Assembly (NCBI GenBank): GCA_043824495.1
Contig: JBDRSV010000005.1
Span: 89,078-153,077 of the forward strand
DNA length: 64,000 bases
Source: Candidatus Aenigmatarchaeota archaeon
GTDB taxonomy: Archaea; Aenigmatarchaeota; Aenigmatarchaeia; QMZP01
Reading direction: 5' to 3'
A program made the translations under genes and the position numbers. Numbering within the stretch: position 1 is the stretch's first letter; each line of letters opens with the position of its first letter. The notes beneath the pieces were generated by a model that saw only the letters and a list, made by a program, of their open reading frames with translations, had not been told where the DNA came from and did not search any database. Below are positions 10,563 to 20,540 of the stretch, one piece after another.

Positions 10563-10678
10563 AATTATAATATATCTCAGGTTAAATAAATCCTTGAAAT
10601 ATGGCTGCATGGTTTTTATTTCGGTGAAATCCGAACAAAAACGAAAGACTTACTATATAGTAGATCCAATAATAATCT

Positions 10679-11716
10679 ATGAAGAAATTAATTGCTGTTT
10701 TAGTTCCTTTAATAATAATCATGTTAGTTACAATAACTTCTGGATGCACAAATATGGAGTTACCTTTACATGACACAGTTACTGACTTTCAAAGCTGTTT
10801 AGACGCTGGAAACCCTGCCATGGAAAGTCATCCAAGACAGTGTATGCATGAGGGAGTAACTTATATTGAACAACTTGGACCAGAACAATTTATCAATCTA
10901 ATGCAAGCTGAAGTGGTATCTACAAACGGACAACCAATAGAAGGATTCGAACCTATCATGTTTTTGCAAACATTTCCTGGATTAATGAAAAGTGACTTTG
11001 CGAATGTAGAAGCTCAACAAGGAGTGTATGTATTTGCAAACAATGAAGTTAATTTTGAAGCTGCTTCAGATGCAGGTCTCCTACATTCAGCAGGACAGTC
11101 AATTACAGATCAAGGAATGCTAACACTATTGAATAATGTGGCTAATCGAATGTATGTGAAAGCGGAAACAAATGAAGAAATAGCTACGATAGTTGAATTA
11201 TTGTTATGGGGAATTGACGAGCAAGCTGGTATAGCTAATCCTGCAGCAGTTTTCTGTGAAGAACAAGGCGGTTTCACTGTAGATGTAATAGAACCAGCAG
11301 GATCTCATGGATATTGCTCTCTACCTGATGGAAGAATATGTGATCAATGGCCTTTCTTCAATTCCGGTGGGGATGAGTGTATAGAACTTGTTGAAGAACT
11401 CCCTGAACCCGTTGAAGTTTCAGAAGAAGATAGTATGAGAATAGGATTCTTGAAAGTTCTGAGCTCTCCTACATACACATTTGATGGATCTAATCTAGAA
11501 CATACAGGAACAGAACAATTACAATGCTCTTATTGCTGGGCTTTCACTTACACATTTGAATCTAGTCATTCTGGATACGGGGACAGAACAGATGAAGTGC
11601 TAGCACAAGTAATTACTCCTCATGAAGCAGTTGTGATAGTTACCCAAGGTAAAGTCACAGGTGCAGATCTAGACGGTCAGTGGAATATGATTCGTCAAGA
11701 AAGAATAACAAGATAA
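10679..11716 (+). CDS. Lipoprotein-like surface protein with DUF333-type motif
   Basis: ITSGC signal; GIANPAAVFCEEQGG..GYCSLPDGRICDQW. Confidence 0.7.
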   Translation: MKKLIAVLVPLIIIMLVTITSGCTNMELPLHDTVTDFQSCLDAGNPAMESHPRQCMHEGVTYIEQLGPEQFINLMQAEVVSTNGQPIEGFEPIMFLQTFPGLMKSDFANVEAQQGVYVFANNEVNFEAASDAGLLHSAGQSITDQGMLTLLNNVANRMYVKAETNEEIATIVELLLWGIDEQAGIANPAAVFCEEQGGFTVDVIEPAGSHGYCSLPDGRICDQWPFFNSGGDECIELVEELPEPVEVSEEDSMRIGFLKVLSSPTYTFDGSNLEHTGTEQLQCSYCWAFTYTFESSHSGYGDRTDEVLAQVITPHEAVVIVTQGKVTGADLDGQWNMIRQERITR

Positions 11717-11743
11717 ATAAAAAATTAGAGAGGAATTGCCTCT

Positions 11744-11977
11744 CTATTTATTTTCTTTTGGTGAAAGTAGCTTTGCTAATATGATTGTTACGATAACAAC
11801 AACTATAGTTACTACAAGTGCGGCTATTGTTAATCCAATTTCACCGTTTGCGTCTTCATAAAGCGGCTTCAGCCATGCTGTTATTGCATCTTTCCATACG
11901 AGAGCTGCAACAAAACCTAGAGCTGCTGTTATTAAGACTAGTGTTTGTTTTTTAATTTCTTCTAGAACAGGTTTCAT
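11744..11977 (-). CDS. DUF5654-like small membrane protein
   Basis: LITAALGFVAALVWKDAI pattern. Confidence 0.7.
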   Translation of the reverse strand: MKPVLEEIKKQTLVLITAALGFVAALVWKDAITAWLKPLYEDANGEIGLTIAALVVTIVVVIVTIILAKLLSPKENK

Positions 11978-12057
11978 TTAATCCCTCCTTGTTAGGGTAT
12001 TGGTTTTTGGTGATATAAATCTAATAGTATTTAAGTTTCCGCGTAGAATATTAAAAT

Positions 12058-12720
12058 ATGCCTACTATTGATTACTTACTTGATCCAGGTGAGAAAGTAA
12101 TCTGGAGAGGAAAACCTAAATTCTGGCCTTTTGTATGGCCTTCTCTAATAATAATACCATTTGGTGTAATTTTCATGGCAATTCCTATAGCCATGGCATT
12201 TCTAGCTGGATTTGGTGTATATCTTTTTATCATCCCACACTTCTGGATAGGGGTGATAATGGTTGTTGGAGCTCCTTTATATTCAATGCTTGTGCATAAA
12301 CACGTAGAATATGCAATAACAGATAAGAGAGTGATGGTACAGAAAGGATTGATAGGAAGAGATTTCAATACAATAGATTATGAAAAAATACAAGATGTAA
12401 GTGTGAATGTTGGAATTATTGATAAAATTTTCAACTGTGGAACAATTATTTCCACATCAGCTGGATATTTAAGGAATTATCAAGGAGGTGCTCATGGAAA
12501 CACATTTTCAGTCCCAGGGAATCTATTCAAATCAATACCAGAGCCATATGAAGTTTACAAGCTTCTGAAGAAAGTTGTATTAGACGTGAAAACAGATATA
12601 AATTATCCTAATAAATACAGGCCTGATACAAACCCAGGATACGGGACAAAATACAGGGGAAAAGAATCACGGCGTTCTAGAGATGACATGTCAGCACCAA
12701 GACGTCCAAGACGCTATTAA
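12058..12720 (+). CDS. Membrane protein with bacterial PH domain
   Basis: LLDPGEKVIWRGKP, two TMs, YAITDKRV, IQDVSV..IDKIFNCGTI. Confidence 0.8.
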   Translation: MPTIDYLLDPGEKVIWRGKPKFWPFVWPSLIIIPFGVIFMAIPIAMAFLAGFGVYLFIIPHFWIGVIMVVGAPLYSMLVHKHVEYAITDKRVMVQKGLIGRDFNTIDYEKIQDVSVNVGIIDKIFNCGTIISTSAGYLRNYQGGAHGNTFSVPGNLFKSIPEPYEVYKLLKKVVLDVKTDINYPNKYRPDTNPGYGTKYRGKESRRSRDDMSAPRRPRRY

Positions 12721-12758
12721 ACTTCTTGATTCTTATAAACCCAAAGCAAGAGATTAAT

Positions 12759-13505
12759 ATGGCTGTAGCAAAAAACTTCTGGAAGATTGTAGATAAAGTG
12801 ATAAATAGCGCAGATGTGATACTAGAAATTGTAGATGCTTCTCATCCAGATGAAACAAGAAATAAAGAAATAGAAGAAAAAGTAAAGAAAAGAGATAAAA
12901 TTCTGATTACAGTTGTAAATAAAATTGATTTAACAAAAAAAGCCAAATTCAAAGGTTTAATAAGACCTATTCTAATCTCAACTAAATCTCATATAGGAAT
13001 TGGAAGATTGAGAAGTAAAATAATGGCGGAAGCTGCTAGAGCTGGAGTTAAAAGTCCTTTAGTGGGAGTGGTTGGCTATCCAAATGTAGGTAAAAGTTCT
13101 GTGATTAATTCTTTGAAAGGAAGAAGATCAGCTAGAACTTCTAGTAGTTCTGGATTCACTAAAGGTTTACAAAATATAAGAGGTGGAGCAAATCTAATGC
13201 TTATAGATTCTCCTGGTGTGATACCATACGGAGAACATGATGATATAAAACACATAAAAGCTCAAATAAAGAATCCAGAGAGCATCAAAGATCCTATTGG
13301 AGTTGTCTTACAAATAATAAAAGAAAATCCAGGGAAATTACAAAAACACTATGGAGTGAGCAATAGTAGAGCCGAAGATAAAGAGGAGATAATAGAAAGA
13401 ATAGCTCAAAAGAAACATATTCTCAAAAAGGGCGGAGTACCAGACACAGATAGGATGGCCCTATTCATTCTAAAAGACGTATACAAAGGCAAGATCAAGA
13501 TTTAG
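12759..13505 (+). CDS. Circularly permuted GTPase (RbgA/YlqF family)
   Basis: NKID precedes GYPNVGKSS and DSPG. Confidence 0.92.
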   Translation: MAVAKNFWKIVDKVINSADVILEIVDASHPDETRNKEIEEKVKKRDKILITVVNKIDLTKKAKFKGLIRPILISTKSHIGIGRLRSKIMAEAARAGVKSPLVGVVGYPNVGKSSVINSLKGRRSARTSSSSGFTKGLQNIRGGANLMLIDSPGVIPYGEHDDIKHIKAQIKNPESIKDPIGVVLQIIKENPGKLQKHYGVSNSRAEDKEEIIERIAQKKHILKKGGVPDTDRMALFILKDVYKGKIKI

Positions 13506-13546
13506 TTAAACATGGGATATTTAAACAGAATTTCTAATATAGAAAG

Positions 13547-13894
13547 ATGGAAATTAGAGGAATTGTGGTTTCTGGTGCTAGAGAAGGAGAAATCTACGTG
13601 CCTAGATACAATAAAATTTTCTTAGAGAAACTTGGATTTGAAGCTTTTCCCGGAACCCTAAATATAAGAGTAGAAGAGAAACCTGTTCTAGAGAATGAAA
13701 TTAAAATAATTCCAGATAAAGGATTCAAACTTAAATGTTTCAATATTAGTATACATGATAACAAAGGCGCTATTATAGTGCCTGAAGAAACCAAACACAG
13801 CGAAAACATTCTAGAAATTGTCTCTCCCATAAATTTGAGAGAGAAACTAAATCTAAAAGACGGAGATGAAGTTATATGCCAAAAATTGGATTAG
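13547..13894 (+). CDS. ribK: CTP-dependent riboflavin kinase
   Basis: GIVVSGAREG, LGFEAFPGTLN, ILEIVSPINLREKLNLKDGD. Confidence 0.9.
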   Translation: MEIRGIVVSGAREGEIYVPRYNKIFLEKLGFEAFPGTLNIRVEEKPVLENEIKIIPDKGFKLKCFNISIHDNKGAIIVPEETKHSENILEIVSPINLREKLNLKDGDEVICQKLD

Positions 13895-14346
13895 CAGATA
13901 CTATGTTTGCAAAGGTTGACATGGCCTCGTTTGCAATTAAAACAATAGAAGAAAATGTAGAGAAAATTGATATTGAGAGATACACAGTTCCAGGTTTCAA
14001 GGATTTGCCTGTTGCATGTAAAATTTTGTTTGAGAAATATAATTGTGATATTGTTCTAGCATTTGGTTGGGTAGGTGGAGAACCTGTTGATGAAGTATGC
14101 GCCCATGAAGCTAACCAGGGAATAATTCAGGTCCAACTAATAACAACAAAACATATTCTTAGTTGCTTTGTTCATACAAGTGAGTCAAGAGACGATGAGA
14201 AAAAGCTCTACGAGATAGCAAAGGATAGAGCAATTAAACACACAGAGAACGCAATAGCTCTACTTAAAGGAAAGACAGAACTCACGAAATATGCCGGTCA
14301 TGGAAAGAGACAAGGATATGATGACGAGGGTTCTATAGAAGGATAA
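13876..14346 (+). CDS. ribC: Archaeal riboflavin synthase
   Basis: KIGLADTMFAKVDM, RYTVPGFKDLPVACK, HILSCFVH, RAIKH. Confidence 0.9.
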   Translation: MPKIGLADTMFAKVDMASFAIKTIEENVEKIDIERYTVPGFKDLPVACKILFEKYNCDIVLAFGWVGGEPVDEVCAHEANQGIIQVQLITTKHILSCFVHTSESRDDEKKLYEIAKDRAIKHTENAIALLKGKTELTKYAGHGKRQGYDDEGSIEG

Positions 14347-14349
14347 ATC

Positions 14350-15306
14350 ATGACACAAATACCCATAGAAAAAGAAGTAGAAGTAATAACAGAAGATGTC
14401 AAAAGTCCTACTATCAAAGACGAAGAAACAGACTATATGGTGCAGCTAAAAATAGCTCAAGCATATTATAAATTCAAAGGATATGAAGTCTTGTTAGGAC
14501 ATGATTTTGAAGAGAATTTAATTACTTTTGTATCACCTGAAGATTCAACTGATAGAATGCTTCTTGATGAATATACAAAAATCAAGTTATGGAAAAAGAA
14601 GAAAACACCAGAGATTGTGGAGTATTCACAGAGAATAATTGATGTTATAGGAGAAGAAAAAACAAAACAAATACTATTCATCTGTAGGTTATGCAGCTTC
14701 TTGGGAGGACCAGGATTCCCCGAAATCATTCTAATCAAAGACAATAAAATGGAACTGAGATTCATCAAAATAGATGATCTGTTAAAAGAGCAGAAATTCT
14801 TCAGTTTCTTTGTAAAGGACCTACTTCAAGTATGTGATATCAAAGTTAGTGAAGTGATACCAAACACTCTAATAAGAGAAGAAAAGAAAGCTTCCTGTAC
14901 AATAAAAGAGTTGCTAGAAGAAGGTAAATCAGGCGACAGAGCCGACATGTATCTCAAAGAATTAGACGAGCTTATAAAAAAAGAAGATAATGAAGATGAG
15001 AAAAAATACCTACAAGATCAGAGATATAATATTCCATTTTTTATGTTTGTCAAATGGTCTAATGATGGAAAAGTTGATTCAAAAGATATAGAAGAGCATT
15101 TCAAAAAAATAAATGAAATTGCAGAAAATAAAAGAAAAGATTTCATAAGATTTCATTCAGAAATAATAAAGGACGAAGAGTATATGAATTTGGGACCGAT
15201 GAGAGACAATAATACAATGAAAAAGAAAAAAGAGTATATTGAAAAGAAATTCAATCTAGGAGATACCAGAGCAAAGAATTTCTTGAAATTCATAACTTCG
15301 TTGTGA
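14350..15306 (+). CDS. Hypothetical protein with degenerate VRR-NUC/PD-(D/E)XK-like segment
   Basis: GFPEIILIKDNKMELRFIKIDDLLKEQ weakly resembles GxPDL..FxEVK..DxL..Q. Confidence 0.4.
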   Translation: MTQIPIEKEVEVITEDVKSPTIKDEETDYMVQLKIAQAYYKFKGYEVLLGHDFEENLITFVSPEDSTDRMLLDEYTKIKLWKKKKTPEIVEYSQRIIDVIGEEKTKQILFICRLCSFLGGPGFPEIILIKDNKMELRFIKIDDLLKEQKFFSFFVKDLLQVCDIKVSEVIPNTLIREEKKASCTIKELLEEGKSGDRADMYLKELDELIKKEDNEDEKKYLQDQRYNIPFFMFVKWSNDGKVDSKDIEEHFKKINEIAENKRKDFIRFHSEIIKDEEYMNLGPMRDNNTMKKKKEYIEKKFNLGDTRAKNFLKFITSL

Positions 15307-16019
15307 TGTATATGATACCTATTATTACTAAAGAACAGATGACAAAAATTGATGAATTGGCTGTGAAACATTTCGGCATAGAAATAATGCAGATGATGGA
15401 AATTGCTGGAAAAAACACAGCTGAAATGGCTAGAAAGATGCTCAAGAGAGTAAAAGGAAAAGAAATTGTTTGTCTTGCGGGAAAAGGAAATAATGGTGGA
15501 GATGCTTTAGTAGCTGCTAAATACTTAACCAATTGGGGTGCAAAAGTAACTGTGATAAATGTGAATCATCCAGATGAGATGAATCAATTAACCAAAGAAC
15601 AAAATGGAATTCTAAGATCAATGCATGTCAGCTTGCTTTACACAACAAATGTTATGGCTTTTGAGAAAATATTCAAAACAACTGATCTAATCATAGACGG
15701 CTTGTTAGGTTACAGTGTGAATGGAAATCCAAGAGGATTCTACGGAAAAGTAATAGAAATGGCTAATCATGTAAACAAGAAAATTTTGTCCATAGACATT
15801 CCTTCTGGTTTAGATCCAAACACGGGAGAAGCTTATGAACCTTGTATAAAAGCTAGCGTCACGCTATGCCTCACACTGCCTAAGAAAGGTTGTGTGGAAA
15901 ACAAGAAATTTGCAGGCGATATCTACGTAGCTGACATGGGAATACCGAATGAAGTTTATGAACTCATGGGATTACATGTGGGTCCAATATTCCAAGAAAA
16001 GGATATAATTAAACTGTAG
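15303..16019 (+). CDS. nnrE: NAD(P)H-hydrate epimerase
   Basis: LAGKGNNGGDALVAAKYL, LIIDGLLG, LSIDIPSG, IYVADMGIP. Confidence 0.93.
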   Translation: MMYMIPIITKEQMTKIDELAVKHFGIEIMQMMEIAGKNTAEMARKMLKRVKGKEIVCLAGKGNNGGDALVAAKYLTNWGAKVTVINVNHPDEMNQLTKEQNGILRSMHVSLLYTTNVMAFEKIFKTTDLIIDGLLGYSVNGNPRGFYGKVIEMANHVNKKILSIDIPSGLDPNTGEAYEPCIKASVTLCLTLPKKGCVENKKFAGDIYVADMGIPNEVYELMGLHVGPIFQEKDIIKL

Positions 16020-16651
16020 AAAAATCTGGTATTAAATCCCCTGAAGATTCGACTCCATAATTTTTTTTTAATATTTTTCTCATTTTTTTTCCGTGCTTCA
16101 CTTAAGTGAGCTCTGTAAGTACTTGGATGAAGTTCCATTATTTTAGCAGCTGTGTACCCATCATGACCCTCTACGTAAGAAAGTATAACTGTCGTCCTTT
16201 GCAATGTTGTCAATTGATCTAATGCCTGATCAAGAATACTCCCAGCTCTCGATATTGCATGAATTAATTCAGGATTGCCACTGAAATCCGCCACGTCAAT
16301 TAATACTTCTTCTCCGTTACTACATCTTATATAAGGATCATTTCCTATTGTTCTTCTTGTTACCGAATTGTTCTTTCTTAGCTGGTCTATGGCTGGGTTA
16401 ACTACTACTCTATGAAACCAGCCCGAAAAACTTCTAGAGGGATCATATCCACCAGATATAGCAGCATCATAAAGATGAGTTAAACCATTTGCAACAGCGT
16501 CTTCTATATCAAAAGATACGAGACCAATTCTACTTCCAATACCTGCCATGTATGGTCTAACAGATCTCTCAAAATCTAACCAATCTGAGTTAATCCCTGT
16601 GCTAGCAAATGTTAAGTATAATTCTCTTTGGTGTTTAAGGTCTGTAGCCAT
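15956..16651 (-). CDS. Divergent ECF (sigma-70 group 4) sigma factor
   Basis: Region 2 EDAVANG..YDPSRSFSGWFHRVVVNPAIDQLRK; region 4 LDQLTTLQRTTVILSYVEG..AAKIMELHPSTYRAHLSEARKK; TTTAAATA box about 30 bp upstream. Confidence 0.75.
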   Translation of the reverse strand: MATDLKHQRELYLTFASTGINSDWLDFERSVRPYMAGIGSRIGLVSFDIEDAVANGLTHLYDAAISGGYDPSRSFSGWFHRVVVNPAIDQLRKNNSVTRRTIGNDPYIRCSNGEEVLIDVADFSGNPELIHAISRAGSILDQALDQLTTLQRTTVILSYVEGHDGYTAAKIMELHPSTYRAHLSEARKKNEKNIKKKLWSRIFRGFNTRFFYSLIISFSWNIGPTCNPMSS

Positions 16652-16745
16652 AGTGGTCTTTTACGTTAATAGTATTTAAATGACTACTAAAAGATCACAT
16701 AAACAAACAAAAATAGCATAGGTCCTTCAAGCTTATTGCCTGTGT

Positions 16746-17381
16746 TTAAATCCATGTCTTCCTCTGAACAAAATCTGCACGGGATCGCATTTCTGTTTCA
16801 TATTTCTTAAGACCTCTTTTCATTAGTTCTCTAGCTCTAAATATTCTAGCCTTTACTGTTCCAATTGGATCACCAAGTATATCTGCTATATCTTCATAAG
16901 AAAACCCTTCAACATCACGTAATACAGTTACTCGTTTGTGAGTGGGTTTCATACTAGCGATAGTTGTTTCTAACTCGTATCTTAATTTAGATCTTAAGAA
17001 ATCTGCTCCAGGGTCATTTGAAGTATCCGGTATCTGAAAACCCACATTTCCATCTGCTGTTGGAATTGGTTTGTCTATTTGGAAAGCATGATCTTCTATT
17101 CTCTTTTTTCTTAAATAATCTATAGCTATATTTGATGCTACTTTGTACATCCATGTACCGAAACTGGTTGTATTACCATCATCAAGCTCGGCTTTATAAT
17201 CTGATTCTCTTCCAGTGACTCTCCACGCTCTCATGTATACGTCTTGAACAAGCTCTTCTACTACGCTTGGATTTCTAATAACCTTGAAAATGGAACGATA
17301 AATTTTTTGCCTGCCCTTCCTACCAAAATCTATTAAAAGTTGTTCTTTTCCTTCAGGAGTACCGTCGTAATCTATATCCAT
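16746..17381 (-). CDS. ECF RNA polymerase sigma factor (RpoE/SigW-like)
   Basis: EELVQDVYMRAW, SFGTWMYKVASNIAIDYLRKK, VLRDVEGFSYEDIADILGDPIGTVKARIFRARE. Confidence 0.93.
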   Translation of the reverse strand: MDIDYDGTPEGKEQLLIDFGRKGRQKIYRSIFKVIRNPSVVEELVQDVYMRAWRVTGRESDYKAELDDGNTTSFGTWMYKVASNIAIDYLRKKRIEDHAFQIDKPIPTADGNVGFQIPDTSNDPGADFLRSKLRYELETTIASMKPTHKRVTVLRDVEGFSYEDIADILGDPIGTVKARIFRARELMKRGLKKYETEMRSRADFVQRKTWI

Positions 17382-17415
17382 GCAACGTACTTACTACTAA
17401 GAATTAAATACTTCT

Positions 17416-17727
17416 CTACATAAACAAACAAGCGTAGTCTAGGTCTTTTAGTGCGTCCATTAGATTCATTGGATCAGCTGGACCATATGCACTGCTTTCT
17501 CCGTGGAATTTGAGTGTCTTCTCCTCTTTGTTGACTGTACAGTAGCCTCCACTTACTTGGAGATCGCCTTTGCTAAGTTTAGATTTCTCAATGAATTTAT
17601 CCAGAATATCATTATGATATCCGTCCTTAGAACCAAATCTTACGTATAGCTGTCCTTCTACATATACCAAAATAAATTTATATTCACCGTTTTCTTCAGG
17701 GAGAATTACTTTATCCATCTTCTTCAA
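17416..17727 (-). CDS. Janus/Ocnus (PHPT1-like) phosphohistidine phosphatase homolog
   Basis: GEYKFILVYV..VRFG..YHNDILDK..GGYC..KTLKFHGESSAYGPAD parallels PHPT1 GVFKYVLIRV..VRG..YHADIYDK..GGGRI..KKIHVYGYSMAYGPA. Confidence 0.7.
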   Translation of the reverse strand: MKKMDKVILPEENGEYKFILVYVEGQLYVRFGSKDGYHNDILDKFIEKSKLSKGDLQVSGGYCTVNKEEKTLKFHGESSAYGPADPMNLMDALKDLDYACLFM

Positions 17728-18034
17728 CTAATTCAAATCCTCTATAATCAACAGAAGCTACTATGGGATAGTCTGACATGGTGTCTATTATCTGACTACT
17801 GGTATTGTCTACGTCATCTCTGAAAGATCTACGATTGATAGTGACATTATAACTGTGTAATGAAGCTGGTGCCCGCATCAAAGTAAAGCCTACTCTTTCA
17901 TTCCCGTAGTTTTCAGTAAGAGCTTTTCTCAGTGGTATTCTTGCACCAAGAGGAACTACTACAATGTCTGGATTAATAATTATCTTTAATCTGAATTTGT
18001 ATAAGTTACTTTCTGGTCCACCTGTATCTCCCAT
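17711..18034 (-). CDS. Hypothetical protein
   Basis: 107-aa ORF after GGTGA, overlapping the next gene. Confidence 0.55.
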   Translation of the reverse strand: MGDTGGPESNLYKFRLKIIINPDIVVVPLGARIPLRKALTENYGNERVGFTLMRAPASLHSYNVTINRRSFRDDVDNTSSQIIDTMSDYPIVASVDYRGFELVEEDG

Positions 18035-18123
18035 AATATCACCTTGTATAGTCTTGATTGAAAAATATAAATATCTCTAGTCAGTTAAAAAATGAGAAAA
18101 AGGATAAAGGGGTGAAGACCCGT

Positions 18124-19392
18124 CTAAGCCTTCACCAAATCTATGATTATTCCAGCTGCTACTGTCTTACCCATGTCTCTTATAGCAAACTTTGCTAATT
18201 GTGGGAAGTCAGCCTGCTTTTCAACTGATACTGGTTGTGTTGGAACAACTCTGATAACAGCTGCGTCACCAGATCTCAATGTGTCTGGATTCTCTGCGAT
18301 TGTTTCTCCAGTTTTAGGGTCTATTTTCTTTATAATTTCTACGATTTTACATGCAACATGTGCTGTATGCATGTGGAATACAGGTGTGTATCCTTTTGTG
18401 ACCACAGTTGGGTGCTCCAAGACAATTATTTGTCCTGTGAATTCTTTTGCGATTGTTGGAGGGTTTGTTGTATGTCCTACTACGTCACCCTTCTTGATGT
18501 CTTTCTTTCCTGCACCTCTGACATTGAATCCGATGTTATCACCAGGTCCTGCTTTAGCAAGCTGCTTGTGATGCATTTCAATTGATTTAATTTCAGCTAG
18601 CGTTCCGCTTGGGTTAAATATAACCTTATCTCCTGGTTTCATCACTCCTGTCTCAATTCTACCTACTGGAACTGCACCAACACCTGTGATGTTGTACACA
18701 TCCTGAATAGGCATTCTTAGTGGCTTATCTACTGGTTTTTCTGGAGCCACGATTGTTGCGTCAAGAGTTGCTACTAAAGTATCACCTTTGTACCAAGCCA
18801 TCTTGTCAGATTTTTTGACTACGTTGTCTCCTATCCATGCTGAAACTGGCACGAAAGGAATCTTGCTTACGTCATAACCGACACTTTGTAGAAGCTTTGT
18901 TACTTCTTCTTTTACTTTGTTGAATTTAGCTTCTTCGTATCCTATAGCATCCATCTTGTTAATAGCAACTACGATTTGCTTAATTCCAAGAACCTTTGAT
19001 AGGTATACGTGTTCTTTTGTTTGCTCTTGAATGCTGTCTTTTACAGATACAATCAAGATAGCCGCATCTGCTTGTGATGCGCCAGTAATCATATTCTTAA
19101 TAAAGTCCTTGTGACCAGGCACATCGATAATTGTATAATAATTCTTGTTTGTTTCGAATCCCTTATACATAAGATCTATTGTAAGACCTCTTTCTCTTTC
19201 TTCCTTTAGATTATCCATCACGAAAGCGAATTCGAATGTCTCTTTTTTCAATTCTTTTGCCTTTTCTTTTAATTTTCTTAATTCTTGTTCTGTGAGTACT
19301 CCAGAATCAAAGAACAATCTACCAATAAGTGTAGATTTTCCGTGGTCTACGTGACCTGAAGTTATCAAGTTTATATGTGGTTTTTCAGCCAT
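18124..19392 (-). CDS. tuf: Translation elongation factor EF-1alpha
   Basis: [40 protein letters not shown]. Confidence 0.98.
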   Translation of the reverse strand: MAEKPHINLITSGHVDHGKSTLIGRLFFDSGVLTEQELRKLKEKAKELKKETFEFAFVMDNLKEERERGLTIDLMYKGFETNKNYYTIIDVPGHKDFIKNMITGASQADAAILIVSVKDSIQEQTKEHVYLSKVLGIKQIVVAINKMDAIGYEEAKFNKVKEEVTKLLQSVGYDVSKIPFVPVSAWIGDNVVKKSDKMAWYKGDTLVATLDATIVAPEKPVDKPLRMPIQDVYNITGVGAVPVGRIETGVMKPGDKVIFNPSGTLAEIKSIEMHHKQLAKAGPGDNIGFNVRGAGKKDIKKGDVVGHTTNPPTIAKEFTGQIIVLEHPTVVTKGYTPVFHMHTAHVACKIVEIIKKIDPKTGETIAENPDTLRSGDAAVIRVVPTQPVSVEKQADFPQLAKFAIRDMGKTVAAGIIIDLVKA

Positions 19393-19541
19393 ATCCTAAT
19401 CCTCCGAGTTTTATCATCTTAAATGAGCATGAGCTCAAGATGTTTATCTATGTAATTATTGATTTAAATACTTTACACTGTGTATTATGCTATATAACCA
19501 GTCTTTATAAAGGTTATGTATGTCTCTATCAATCGGTTTTA

Positions 19542-20525
19542 TCATTTATCAAGCTCTTTTTTGAACTGTTCTACAATTTCAACTTCTGTTGGGTCTATAC
19601 CGTATTCAAGAGCTAAATAATAAGAAACCCATGCTCCTAAGTTTAATCCCCATAGGAGTCTTTCGAGTAAATTATCACCTTCCAATTTGATATCAGTCAC
19701 TCCAACGTTCTTTGATTCAACCACTTTCTTGAAGATGTCAAACCTCTTTTTGTTTCTTGGGTGATCTTCAGAATCTCTGATAAGAATAACATGATAATTT
19801 CCAATTAAGTTTACGTAGCTGTTTATCTCATTATGATTTGATTCAGGGAATACATTATAGAAAGCTGATGTTTTAGAATTCTCGTTTATATCTATTTTCC
19901 ATTTCTCAGCTACGCAGAATATTTCTTCAGATGAGTAAATGAGAGGTGTTTTATCTTTTAGTTCATTTGATATTTCTTTAGCTCTCTCTCTTATTTTTTT
20001 ATTTTTTAGTTTCTCTGCTACTTTCTTGAGATTAGAATCCTGATTTTCAATCATATTTAGTTTACTTATGATTTTGAGTAATGGGACAAACAAATATGGT
20101 GTGGACATTCTTGGTGGTAATCCAGAAGGTACTTTGATGTGAAATGTGTTATTCTCTTTTGCTAATTCCTCTAACTTTCCACCACATGAGATAGTGACTA
20201 TTTTTGCGTGTCTCTTAAGACCCTCTTTATAAGAATCAATGGCTTCTTCAGTATTTCCTGAATAAGATATTGAGAATAATAAAGTGCTTTCGTTTACTAT
20301 TCTAGGTAGAGTGTACTTCTTATTTACAAATACTTGGGTTTCTGAATCTCCCATAAAAGATTTAAGTAAATCTCCTGGGAAAGCACTACCACCCATACCA
20401 GAAATAACTACATTGTTTACATTTCCTATAATCTCAATCTCGTTTCCAAGATTCATAGCGTCTTTTATCATATCTGGAACTCTATCTAAAAGTAGTCCCA
20501 TATTTGATTTATCTACTTCATTCAT
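19542..20525 (-). CDS. Bifunctional phosphoglucose/phosphomannose isomerase
   Basis: GMGGS, SYSGNTEE, ENSK, PESNHNEI. Confidence 0.92.
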   Translation of the reverse strand: MNEVDKSNMGLLLDRVPDMIKDAMNLGNEIEIIGNVNNVVISGMGGSAFPGDLLKSFMGDSETQVFVNKKYTLPRIVNESTLLFSISYSGNTEEAIDSYKEGLKRHAKIVTISCGGKLEELAKENNTFHIKVPSGLPPRMSTPYLFVPLLKIISKLNMIENQDSNLKKVAEKLKNKKIRERAKEISNELKDKTPLIYSSEEIFCVAEKWKIDINENSKTSAFYNVFPESNHNEINSYVNLIGNYHVILIRDSEDHPRNKKRFDIFKKVVESKNVGVTDIKLEGDNLLERLLWGLNLGAWVSYYLALEYGIDPTEVEIVEQFKKELDK

Positions 20526-20540
20526 TAAGTCACCAAGTAA

